Below are positions 45,738 to 53,479 of a stretch of 56,988 nt of DNA, piece after piece. The stretch is from a virus. Lineage: Duplodnaviria; Caudoviricetes. Positions within the stretch are counted from its first letter, which is position 1; each line of letters opens with the position of its first letter. The notes under the pieces were generated by a model. That model saw only the letters and a list, made by a program, of their open reading frames with translations, had not been told where the DNA came from and searched no databases. Location of the stretch: the IMG/VR virus record IMGVR_UViG_3300018080_000023, positions 1 through 56,988 of that record, one strand, 5' to 3'. The translations under genes and the position numbers were made by a program.

Positions 45738-45815
45738 TGCGGGGTGGTGTAATGTGGCTAACACGCTTGGCTCATAACCAAGAGATTCTGGATTCGACCT
45801 CCAGCCCCGCAACCA
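45738..45815 (+). tRNA. tRNA-Met(CAT), initiator-like
   Basis: acceptor TGCGGGG/CCCCGCA; anticodon arm CTTGG-CTCATAA-CCAAG; CCA encoded. Confidence 0.85.
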
Positions 45816-45817
45816 TT

Positions 45818-45892
45818 GCTCCTCAAGCATAACTGGTGATGCACGGGATTTGTAATCCTGAGAACACCGTTCGATTCGGTGGAGGAGCTCCA
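45818..45892 (+). tRNA. tRNA-Thr(TGT)
   Basis: GCTCCTC/GAGGAGC; CGGGA-TTTGTAA-TCCTG; TTCGATT; CCA. Confidence 0.9.
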
Positions 45893-45893
45893 T

Positions 45894-45976
45894 CGTGGGA
45901 CTGGGCATGAGTGAGCCCCGCAGACTGTAAATCTGTCGCTTCGGCTGGGGTGGTGCAAATCCATCTCCCACGACCA
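45894..45976 (+). tRNA. tRNA-Tyr(GTA) with C1:G72 and a long variable arm
   Basis: CGTGGGA/TCCCACG; GCAGA-CTGTAAA-TCTGT; T-loop TGCAAAT; CCA. Confidence 0.85.
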
Positions 45977-45977
45977 T

Positions 45978-46053
45978 TGACGAGTAGCTCAGTAGGTAGA
46001 GTAGATGGTTGTTACCCATCCGGTCGCAGGTTCGAGCCCTGCCTCGTCAGCCA
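45978..46053 (+). tRNA. tRNA-Asn(GTT)
   Basis: TGACGAG/CTCGTCA; GATGG-TTGTTAC-CCATC; G73; CCA. Confidence 0.92.
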
Positions 46054-46054
46054 T

Positions 46055-46128
46055 GGAGGTATAGTTCATCGGTAGAACCCCAGATTGTCGATCTGGTGAG
46101 CCGGGTTCAACTCCCGGTACCTCCGCCA
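46055..46128 (+). tRNA. tRNA-Asp(GTC)
   Basis: GGAGGTA/TACCTCC; CCAGA-TTGTCGA-TCTGG; G73; CCA. Confidence 0.92.
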
Positions 46129-46129
46129 T

Positions 46130-46206
46130 GCGCCGTTGGAGGAATTGGCTAACTCATCGGATTTTCTCTCCGAGGACTGCGGGTTCGAGTCCCGCACGGC
46201 GTTCCA
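46130..46206 (+). tRNA. tRNA-Glu(TTC)
   Basis: GCGCCGT/ACGGCGT; TCGGA-TTTTCTC-TCCGA; CCA. Confidence 0.85.
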
Positions 46207-46207
46207 T

Positions 46208-46281
46208 CGCCCCTTAGCATATTGGTAATGCATCGGTTTTTGGCACCGATAAAGACAGTTCAATTCTGTCAGGGGCATCCA
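46208..46281 (+). tRNA. tRNA-Gln(TTG)
   Basis: CGCCCCT/AGGGGCA (C1xA72 mismatch); TCGGT-TTTTGGC-ACCGA; CCA. Confidence 0.85.
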
Positions 46282-46284
46282 TAT

Positions 46285-46362
46285 CAGTGTGTGGGTCAGT
46301 CTGGTTCGACCGCCTGCCTTGGGAGCAGGTATACGGAGGTTCAAATCCTCCCACACTGACCA
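46285..46362 (+). tRNA. tRNA-Pro(TGG)
   Basis: CAGTGTG/CACACTG; CCTGC-CTTGGGA-GCAGG; CCA. Confidence 0.92.
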
Positions 46363-46363
46363 C

Positions 46364-46440
46364 GGGCCTTTAGCTCAGATGGTAAGAGCAGGACACTCAT
46401 AATGTCCGGGTCGCTGGTTCGAGTCCAGCAAGGCCCACCA
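46364..46440 (+). tRNA. tRNA-Ile2/Met(CAT); body resembles Ile2
   Basis: GGGCCTT/AAGGCCC; GGACA-CTCATAA-TGTCC; A73; CCA. Confidence 0.88.
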
Positions 46441-47619
46441 TCACCCCTTAATAACTCCGAGAGGACGAAGTTTCACAAGAATCTTGACGAGATCCTGCTG
46501 TGCCTCCATGACTGCATCTATGTCCTTGTATGCTTGAGGGGCTTCTCCGAGATCCACATTACCCTTGCGGTCTTGGCCCCAGCGGCCATACACGATGCCC
46601 TCCATAGCCTTATCGCACTCTTCTACTGTGAGCGTCCGGCTCGCTTCTTTTCTGCCCATACACCTTCCAGCGCCATGCGAGCAGGACATAAAGCTCTCGG
46701 GATTTCCAAGTCCTTCAACAATGTAGGATGACGTCCCCATAGAGCCGGGAATGATTCCTTTCTGCCCAGCATAAGCCTGCGTCGCTCCTTTTCTGTGAAC
46801 CCAAACATCTTTGCCAAAGTGATGCTCTTGCTTGGCAAAGTTGTGATGGATGTTGATAGGCTCATCAAACTCACACTCCAGCTCTGCGTAGATGGCGAAT
46901 ATTACATGAATCATAATCCGTTCACGGTTTTCCTGAGCGAAACGCAGGGCGTAGTTCATAGCCTCAATGTACTCCCGCGCCTCTACTGTTCCGATAGGCA
47001 GGAACGCTACCCCGTCGTCGCCCTTCGATTCGGGAATGTCAGAATGAAACATATCGCACAGCCGCTGTGCCTCAGCATTGTAGTGCTTGGCAATCTTGTA
47101 ACCGAAGTTTCTGCTACCGCTGTGAACCATTGCCCACAGAAATCCATCACTGCCAGCCTGCAACTCGATGAAGTGGTTTCCGCCACCGAGAGTCCCGAGT
47201 TGCTTGGATGCCGACACCAACTCCCTTGTTACAACTGCGTTATTAGGACAATCCTTGAACCCATCCCATTCCTGCCTGTCCTTTTGATGGTCAAACCCAA
47301 CAGGCACCAACTTGCGAATAGTGCCCATGATGGCTTTGATCTGGTCGGTGGTGACCTCCTTGGCAAGCACAGTGGTTCTGACCGCTATCACGCCACACCC
47401 AATATCCACGCCAACGAAGTTTGGAGAGACTGCATTCTTTAGCGCCACTACTCCACCTATCGGCATTCCGTATCCCTGATGACAGTCCGGCATAAGAGCC
47501 ACATGTCTGAATGTGCAGGGATGATTGGCGAGGTTGATCACTTGATTCAGGGCCCCATCCTCAACATAGTCACACCAAGTTTTGACTGGCACTCTGGTTC
47601 CTACTGCTATTACGTTCAT
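46441..47619 (-). CDS. rtcB: RtcB RNA ligase (joins 3'-phosphate or cyclic phosphate to 5'-OH)
   Basis: MPDCHQGYGMPIGG, GVDIGCG, GTLGGGNHFIE, HSGSR, HHN, HRKGA, PGSMG, SHGAGR, EAPQAYK. Confidence 0.97.
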   Translation of the reverse strand: MNVIAVGTRVPVKTWCDYVEDGALNQVINLANHPCTFRHVALMPDCHQGYGMPIGGVVALKNAVSPNFVGVDIGCGVIAVRTTVLAKEVTTDQIKAIMGTIRKLVPVGFDHQKDRQEWDGFKDCPNNAVVTRELVSASKQLGTLGGGNHFIELQAGSDGFLWAMVHSGSRNFGYKIAKHYNAEAQRLCDMFHSDIPESKGDDGVAFLPIGTVEAREYIEAMNYALRFAQENRERIMIHVIFAIYAELECEFDEPINIHHNFAKQEHHFGKDVWVHRKGATQAYAGQKGIIPGSMGTSSYIVEGLGNPESFMSCSHGAGRCMGRKEASRTLTVEECDKAMEGIVYGRWGQDRKGNVDLGEAPQAYKDIDAVMEAQQDLVKILVKLRPLGVIKG

Positions 47620-47637
47620 GCATCCTCCTTATTTAAT

Positions 47638-47880
47638 TTACTGTCCCGCGACCTGACTGATGTCTAGGTATATATTGTTCTCGTTCCCGCACTCGCAGGC
47701 CACCCCAACAACTTGGCATGTTCCCTCGCTCGGCTCTCGGGATATTGTGAGCTCCAGTCCGTTAGAACCCTGAATCTTAAAAGAAGCAGGATCTGAGTTC
47801 GTCATGGTGACTACAACTCCGGCGGTGTAGCCGATGAGTAGTGACAATGCGATTGCTATGATTACACTTTTTGCTTCCAC
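47638..47880 (-). CDS. small membrane protein
   Basis: N-terminal TM segment; GGGAGG RBS. Confidence 0.55.
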   Translation of the reverse strand: MEAKSVIIAIALSLLIGYTAGVVVTMTNSDPASFKIQGSNGLELTISREPSEGTCQVVGVACECGNENNIYLDISQVAGQ

Positions 47881-48071
47881 TTGTCCCTCCCGTCTATGTC
47901 TTGCTCGCGGATCTCTGCCGCATGTTTCCTGAGATACCTGCCCAGAGGATTATCTTCAGTCCTTACCCCGTCATTCCAGAGGTATCTCCAGTATGGCGCC
48001 GGGACTTCTCCGAGTGGAGTTCCTTTATATTTCCCCCACGGCATGGGTGATTCTGGGGTGAGGTTTACCAT
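47862..48071 (-). CDS. DUF3820-family protein
   Basis: MPWGKYKGTPLGEVPAPY..YL. Confidence 0.75.
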   Translation of the reverse strand: MVNLTPESPMPWGKYKGTPLGEVPAPYWRYLWNDGVRTEDNPLGRYLRKHAAEIREQDIDGRDKWKQKV

Positions 48072-48445
48072 ACCACTTTTCCTTGTCCGGGTCCGACTGC
48101 AGTCCGAAAGTTAATTGACTTTAGTTCTCTTGCTATTAGGTGGCCTATATTCTCAGAGAGATACTGTAAAAGATGATTCTCGTGATCCATAAACCCGCAC
48201 CGAACCATCTCGTTAACAAACTCTACGGATACTCTGTAAGTAAGATAGCCACGCCCATCCATCTCTATGGTGCATCTGGTCAGCTTTTTGATCAAATCAT
48301 CCAGTCGCTTCTGGGTTTCGGTCTGGTCGATACGCTCTCGTCGTGCGACCTCGCGGCACTCCTTAACCATTGTGCTACGTTTGACCAAAGGGAACCTTTC
48401 TTTTTTCTTTAGCCACCACCACCTGAACTTATGCTTGAGCTTCAT
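48065..48445 (-). CDS. hypothetical protein
   Basis: GGAG RBS; ATGA overlap with the ligase gene. Confidence 0.6.
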   Translation of the reverse strand: MKLKHKFRWWWLKKKERFPLVKRSTMVKECREVARRERIDQTETQKRLDDLIKKLTRCTIEMDGRGYLTYRVSVEFVNEMVRCGFMDHENHLLQYLSENIGHLIARELKSINFRTAVGPGQGKVVW

Positions 48446-49374
48446 TCTCCACCTCCAAACTGTTTCTCGGCCAGCTTATCCTTATACCACTGCGCGACCC
48501 CACCAGACGCTCCCCTCAAAACATCTTTGATGGCCCACTTATATAGGCGATCCTTGATCATTTCTTTTTCCTCGGACTCGATGTCGGCCTGAACTTCTTT
48601 GATCAGCATACCGATATCCTTAGGGCTGTTCGTAAGCTTGCCCTCTTCTTTCAGATGCTGAACAGCTTTAGCCCACCTGCCCTCGCATCTAAGCTCTTGA
48701 ATTAACTGATCCTTGATGTCTTTGCCGCCGGGGTTTTTGGTCTTCCATTCCTTCTCGTGCTTTTCTTTGAATGCCTCAGACACATATTTACCCATCAGTG
48801 CTTTTTTGTCCTGTCCGAACCTGTGATAGTTCTTTATCACAATGCCCTCGATCTTTGTGCCGCCGAGGATGCTTTCTCTCTCTAGTAATTCAGTAAAAAT
48901 GTCCATGCTCTCTAAGACGCCCACAAAAAGCAAAGGGACGCACTCCAAGCCAAGACGCTCACCCTCTTTAACCTTTGCGCTGGGAAGCGCATATGTCTCG
49001 TTGCCGTCATCCATGTCAAATAGAATTATGGATCTGTGCGGCACGCGGCTGTACGATAGGGTATTGTGTTTGGGCTTCTGAAGGTACTCTCCGCGGTAGA
49101 TGACATTGTCTTTCAAGTAGGGCTCCATCTCCCGGACTTGTTCCACCGCCTTACTGAACATCTTTTCTGGGGCATCCAGCATCAACTGCTTGCCCTTGCT
49201 TCTGCACATCAACTCCCCATTGATCTTACCGAACGAGAACTGACTTCCGTCCACCTTCTCCTCGATCACAACCGGGTCGGCCAGAAGGTCTACTATTTGC
49301 CTATGTCCCAGTGCATATATCTTAGGATAACTGCAGATCCTATTTTCCATCTCTAGTTTTGTCGGTATCGTCAT
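48442..49374 (-). CDS. ATP-dependent RNA ligase, Rnl2-like
   Basis: YPKI; motif I EEKVDGSQFS; III YRGEY; IIIa LFD; VPLL; IV EGIVIK; V KYVSEAFKE. Confidence 0.85.
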   Translation of the reverse strand: MTIPTKLEMENRICSYPKIYALGHRQIVDLLADPVVIEEKVDGSQFSFGKINGELMCRSKGKQLMLDAPEKMFSKAVEQVREMEPYLKDNVIYRGEYLQKPKHNTLSYSRVPHRSIILFDMDDGNETYALPSAKVKEGERLGLECVPLLFVGVLESMDIFTELLERESILGGTKIEGIVIKNYHRFGQDKKALMGKYVSEAFKEKHEKEWKTKNPGGKDIKDQLIQELRCEGRWAKAVQHLKEEGKLTNSPKDIGMLIKEVQADIESEEKEMIKDRLYKWAIKDVLRGASGGVAQWYKDKLAEKQFGGGE

Positions 49375-49489
49375 CCTTATCCTTCCTTTCCTTTACGTCA
49401 CTCATGCACACCCTGCAGTAGTCCTGAGGCTCTGAGTACAGGGCACCACACAAAGGGTTAACACAGACGTATTTCCATTTATCGTTCAT
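49340..49489 (-). CDS. small zinc-ribbon protein
   Basis: YVCVNPLCG...CRVC; AGGAG RBS. Confidence 0.5.
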   Translation of the reverse strand: MNDKWKYVCVNPLCGALYSEPQDYCRVCMSDVKERKDKDDDTDKTRDGK

Positions 49490-49490
49490 G

Positions 49491-49700
49491 TCAACTCTCT
49501 CCTTGTCTTGAAATAGATCCTCCGGCTGGGTCATTGCGACCCTGACATGCACCGCCTTGAACCGGAGGCTCGTTTGGTTGTAAATCCCTAACCCTAAACC
49601 CGAAGTTCCTGACAACGTCCATACATAACCATTTGTTGTGCCTCGGGATGTCGGCCCTCTTACAGGCCTGATAAAAAAATGGGTGGCGGTTGATAATCAT
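49491..49700 (-). CDS. hypothetical protein
   Basis: GGAGG RBS; ATGA overlap. Confidence 0.5.
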   Translation of the reverse strand: MIINRHPFFYQACKRADIPRHNKWLCMDVVRNFGFRVRDLQPNEPPVQGGACQGRNDPAGGSISRQGES

Positions 49701-49966
49701 TTCCTGCCCTCCACCTTGCATTTATACCCCGGAACGTCAGCTACATAGGGACAATCATCCGGGAGTAACCCTTTCGCTATAGCCTGATCAACTGGTAAAC
49801 ATATGGGATTGATCTCGTGCCGCTGTTCGTAACACATGCAGAGCTTGGTCTTTGTGTCAAAGAAAGGGCAGTAGACCCCATCAATCTGCCTCATTCTTCC
49901 ATCATATATGATGATGCTACGCTGGCAACACTTACCACAACGCCTACATTTATCCTCGTGGTTCAT
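49697..49966 (-). CDS. YkgJ/CxxCxxCC zinc- or Fe-S-cluster protein
   Basis: CRRCGKCC...CPFFD....LCMCYEQR...C...LPDDCPY. Confidence 0.8.
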   Translation of the reverse strand: MNHEDKCRRCGKCCQRSIIIYDGRMRQIDGVYCPFFDTKTKLCMCYEQRHEINPICLPVDQAIAKGLLPDDCPYVADVPGYKCKVEGRK

Positions 49967-49967
49967 G

Positions 49968-50273
49968 TCAGAAGGGGAGGTTTGAATCCACATCATAGTC
50001 AGCCGGATCTTGGCTCACATCCTCAGGCTCCTGTTCAGGCCGCTGGTCCTCGCTGTCTGGGCGCCACCTGTCTACCTTGGCGTAATAGGTGTAGCCTTTA
50101 GGCGACGGTTTCTTTTTCTCACAGATGTTCACTGACACAAAGTTGTAGTCTTCTCCGAGTAGGCTGAGCATGTGTTGCAGGCTTTCCCGCGAGAAGGTCA
50201 TCTTTAGAAGCGAACCGTACTGAGTCTTGATTACTTTACCGTTTCCTACGAAGTCTGGATCTCTGTCTGGCAT
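49968..50273 (-). CDS. SSB-like protein
   Basis: small beta-rich core with an acidic tail ending DSNLPF. Confidence 0.6.
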   Translation of the reverse strand: MPDRDPDFVGNGKVIKTQYGSLLKMTFSRESLQHMLSLLGEDYNFVSVNICEKKKPSPKGYTYYAKVDRWRPDSEDQRPEQEPEDVSQDPADYDVDSNLPF

Positions 50274-50284
50274 GATGTGCCTCC

Positions 50285-50431
50285 TTACATTGAGAGCAAA
50301 AGTATTGCCCCTACTCCTATTGTCACAATCAAAATGATGGCGCCGAGCACAGATTTAACCAACAGCTTTATTGCCGTCTTTATTCTGCGATCACGCTGGG
50401 CCTCCGGGCTAATGTCGGTTGTGTCAATCAT
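50285..50431 (-). CDS. small membrane protein (48 aa)
   Basis: AGGAG RBS; C-terminal TM segment. Confidence 0.5.
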   Translation of the reverse strand: MIDTTDISPEAQRDRRIKTAIKLLVKSVLGAIILIVTIGVGAILLLSM

Positions 50432-50624
50432 TGTTCTTCTCCTGTCCTATAATTCGGCTTGGTACGCCGACCTCTTTCGGAGGGTTGTCCTCGAGGCCAG
50501 CGACACCAAACCAATCAAGACCGCACCGGGGACAAGCATCAACGGGCCTCTGATTTGCATCCGTAATGGTGCCGTCGGCTCTAACATTGACTTCATATCC
50601 ACACTCGGCGCAGTGCTTGATCAT
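50424..50624 (-). CDS. zinc-ribbon protein
   Basis: CAECG...CPRCG. Confidence 0.6.
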   Translation of the reverse strand: MIKHCAECGYEVNVRADGTITDANQRPVDACPRCGLDWFGVAGLEDNPPKEVGVPSRIIGQEKNND

Positions 50625-50629
50625 AACAA

Positions 50630-51325
50630 TTATCCTTTGCTTGTAACCACGGGCTTTTTTACTACCTCTACGCCCGGATATTTCATATTCTCTTTAAGAG
50701 CTGTAGCCACCTTGTTGAACTGTAGCTTCGAGCAGATGGCATCGAGGTCTTTCTCAGACAGTGCTGGGAGAACGATTGTCCCCTCGGCTATAGCAATGCA
50801 TACAGCCCGAAGATCCGTTATCCTTGCGCTGTATCTATAACTTATGCTTGTGCCTTCAAGCTTCTGCTTTTCGACCTTCTGGGCCTCGACCACGGTAGGA
50901 GAATCAATGATAGCCTCCGCGACCTCCGTCTGGCCAGACTTCTCCGCCTGCTCGGCAAGTGCGATCTTTTTATCCTCAGCCTTCTTTCTGGCTTCTGCCT
51001 CGAGCCTCTCTTGTTCCTCGCGCCTTTCCTTCTCGCGTTTAGCATGATACTCGGCCATTAGTGACTTAACATGACCTTCGGCCTTAACCAGTGTGCCGTC
51101 AGCATCCTTCTCGAGCTTTACGGCAGACTTCCATGCATCGTGAGCCGCCTTAGTGTTGGGACCAAATGTATCCTTCACCTGCTTGCGGAGTGTTTTGATG
51201 ACCTTCAAGAATCCATTAGCGTGCTCCATGTCCTCGTCGGACCGGATGGCAAGCTCCTGCACCTTGGTCATGAGTTCTGTTGACTGCTGTTTTACTACTT
51301 CTTGTTTATCGCTGTTCTCTATCAT
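50630..51325 (-). CDS. coiled-coil protein typical of phage recombination modules
   Basis: long helical E/K/A-rich protein ending YPGVEV; adjacent to the nuclease and annealase. Confidence 0.65.
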   Translation of the reverse strand: MIENSDKQEVVKQQSTELMTKVQELAIRSDEDMEHANGFLKVIKTLRKQVKDTFGPNTKAAHDAWKSAVKLEKDADGTLVKAEGHVKSLMAEYHAKREKERREEQERLEAEARKKAEDKKIALAEQAEKSGQTEVAEAIIDSPTVVEAQKVEKQKLEGTSISYRYSARITDLRAVCIAIAEGTIVLPALSEKDLDAICSKLQFNKVATALKENMKYPGVEVVKKPVVTSKG

Positions 51326-51374
51326 TGTTACCTTTCCGCCCTGTTACTTGGGCTTACCTCATATTTCAGCCCGA

Positions 51375-51403
51375 ATTATTGCGTCTATATATTATGCTGT
51401 CAA
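51375..51403 (-). promoter_or_regulatory. candidate internal sigma70 promoter
   Basis: TTGACA-N17-AATAAT on the minus strand, upstream of 51325. Confidence 0.55.
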
Positions 51404-51949
51404 GCGTTTTTTTAGCAGGTAAAAGTTGTGCGCCGCCTGCCAGTCGAGCACGTCCTTGAAGTCGTTTAACATATGTAGTTTATATGTGCCGTTCTTGGAC
51501 AGGACCAGACAGCCGCGCTGGGCTAGAGCGTGAGGAAGGGCATAGGCCGCAGTTTGCATCCCGGCCCACTTGGGCATACATCCAGACTTGATGTCAATCA
51601 GTATGCGAGATCCGTCAGGTCGCTCCATGATAAGATCATACGTCCCGGCATAAGTTCCGCCATCAACAATCTTTTCCCATGATTCAGGAACCCAATCTAT
51701 CTCCAGCAGGAACCTGTCATAGGCCCTGATGTACGGCTCAATCCTTGGGTCGACTGACTCCCACGATAGTGATCTCTCGTTAAGAAGCTGGCATCCGACA
51801 TGAACGGCTGTCCCGCGCTCTCGCGACTCAGGGGTAAACCACGTTGTATCTATCAGTCCGACATCATCAATGATCTGCGTGACCGAGGGGACCCTTTCGT
51901 CCCCTCGCCAGTATGAATGATCTTCGGACCTGAATATGAGCGAGCTCAC
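51392..51949 (-). CDS. PD-(D/E)XK exonuclease
   Basis: HSY...VPSVTQII, RGTAVH, YAGTYDL, IDIKSG, QTAAY. Confidence 0.85.
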   Translation of the reverse strand: MSSLIFRSEDHSYWRGDERVPSVTQIIDDVGLIDTTWFTPESRERGTAVHVGCQLLNERSLSWESVDPRIEPYIRAYDRFLLEIDWVPESWEKIVDGGTYAGTYDLIMERPDGSRILIDIKSGCMPKWAGMQTAAYALPHALAQRGCLVLSKNGTYKLHMLNDFKDVLDWQAAHNFYLLKKRLTA

Positions 51950-52848
51950 TTGCTTCCTGCTTCTGCTTTAAGCAAACTGCCCAGCGTTATCAACTCATCG
52001 CGGCCAGCCAGCTCCCATGCCTCGCCTTCTTCGATGTTAATTCCTGCGGCCTTAGTAGCCCTCAGGAATTTCTCCTTGCCCACCTCGCCCTTCAGCTTGG
52101 TTATAGCCACTACCATGCGGTTCATTTCGTCCTCATCATCTCCTGCAGGAGCCTCCTTCTTTTCTTCGCCATCAGGGGTTTTAGCCTCGGGGGTTTTAAT
52201 AGGCTCGCGCTCGGGCAGTGCTTCGTCTTCGAGATCCTGAACAAAGATATCAGATGCCGCTGTGACGGTGAGGAGTGCGTCTATGAAAGCTCTCTTCTTC
52301 GCCATCTTCAGGACTGTATTGAAACAATCAGCAGGATCTGGGTTCTCTATCTTCTCGCCGCAACCCTTGACTTTACACCATGCCCATGCGCCATGAATCT
52401 TTTTGGCGATGAGCCCGTCAGCCGCATACCGGGCCTTCTTTGCCCTGTAGTCCTTTGGGATAGGCTCATCCAGAACATCAACGTCTTGTTCCGCGTTACG
52501 ATACCTATACTTGCTCTCCATTGTTGAGCAAGAGCCGACCCCTTCCCCTAAGAGAACGCCATCTCTAGTGTACAGCTCGCATGTGATTTCATATTCCCTG
52601 TGACCTCCATCAAGATCAATGCGCTCCTTGATGTACTTGGGAGTAAAGCGGAAGGTGCTGGCCAGCTTCTCGGCTCCGGGCTTAAGGAGAGTCTTCTTGT
52701 CTCCGCACCCCGGTACTGTTCCGTAGTGCTCGCCTTCCTTCATTACATGTTTCATTACCTGCTGTATCAGCTCAACCTGATCCTTGACTTCAAGGATATT
52801 CATAACCTCAGTTGAGTTGCCGTCTTTGATCATGAGTTCGTGTGCCAT
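51946..52848 (-). CDS. probable single-strand annealing/recombination protein
   Basis: EGEHYG.VPG..KKTLLKPGAEKL...G.GSCSTME...NTVLKMAKKRAFIDA; paired with the exonuclease; start set at MAHELM. Confidence 0.65.
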   Translation of the reverse strand: MAHELMIKDGNSTEVMNILEVKDQVELIQQVMKHVMKEGEHYGTVPGCGDKKTLLKPGAEKLASTFRFTPKYIKERIDLDGGHREYEITCELYTRDGVLLGEGVGSCSTMESKYRYRNAEQDVDVLDEPIPKDYRAKKARYAADGLIAKKIHGAWAWCKVKGCGEKIENPDPADCFNTVLKMAKKRAFIDALLTVTAASDIFVQDLEDEALPEREPIKTPEAKTPDGEEKKEAPAGDDEDEMNRMVVAITKLKGEVGKEKFLRATKAAGINIEEGEAWELAGRDELITLGSLLKAEAGSK

Positions 52849-52882
52849 TGTTCGCCTTTCCGGGGCCTCGCCCCAATTAATA

Positions 52883-53479
52883 TTACCGCCACCATTTAAC
52901 AGGATATTTGAAGTTGTTGTCAACTATTTTATGCCCTCTAAGTTTTCTTTTTCTTGAGGGGTGCCGAAGCTTTCTGAATGCCTTAGACTCGAGCTGTCTT
53001 ACCCGCTCGCGAGTAATGCCCAGATCCTCGGCTATAGACTCAAGACTCCTGTCTTCCCAGAACCTTGCCCGAATAATCTTCTCCTCTCTTTCTGTAAGCT
53101 CTGACAGAACCTCGTCAATTATAGCGTTGTCTATCTCTGTGCTTTCTCCCGGCAGTGCTGGCTGTTGCTCGATCATACCCTTTAGTTGAGCCTGTTCCAC
53201 AAACGCCCCGATCTCATTTGTCTCAACCTCGTGGTCAAGGTGCTCCGGGAATATCTCATATGGGCTATAGGCCAGTGCTTCGGCTATCCTGAGGGCATCC
53301 TTCCTAAATGCTCCATCCTCCCTGCGCGGTGATCGCTTAAAGTTTAGATAGTTGCTGACGAGTGTTGGCTGAACGCCAGCGGCATGAGCAAGGGTATTCT
53401 GATTCTCCATGCCCATCTCGCGCATTGCCTGCAGGAGCCTGCCGTTTCTAATCTTCATTGATGCATAGTAGTCTTTCAC
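52883..53479 (-). CDS. XRE-like HTH fused to sigma70 region 4
   Basis: QNTLAHAAGVQPTLVSNYLN plus LTEREEKIIRARF...SLESIAEDLGITRERVRQLESKAFRKLRHPSR. Confidence 0.85.
   Translation of the reverse strand: MKDYYASMKIRNGRLLQAMREMGMENQNTLAHAAGVQPTLVSNYLNFKRSPRREDGAFRKDALRIAEALAYSPYEIFPEHLDHEVETNEIGAFVEQAQLKGMIEQQPALPGESTEIDNAIIDEVLSELTEREEKIIRARFWEDRSLESIAEDLGITRERVRQLESKAFRKLRHPSRKRKLRGHKIVDNNFKYPVKWWR

Noticed and set aside
45699-46356. Minus-strand ORFs 45699-46019, 45758-45964 and 46066-46356
   Set aside because: They are antisense translations of the tRNA array.
51392-51949. Cas4 of a CRISPR adaptation module
   Set aside because: It lacks the four-Cys Fe-S pattern and is paired with an annealase-like gene, as in ordinary phage recombination modules.
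52894-52923. Minus-strand promoter TTGACA upstream of the annealase gene
   Set aside because: The -35 is perfect but the -10 match is poor at 17-bp spacing; plausible, but not supported enough to list.
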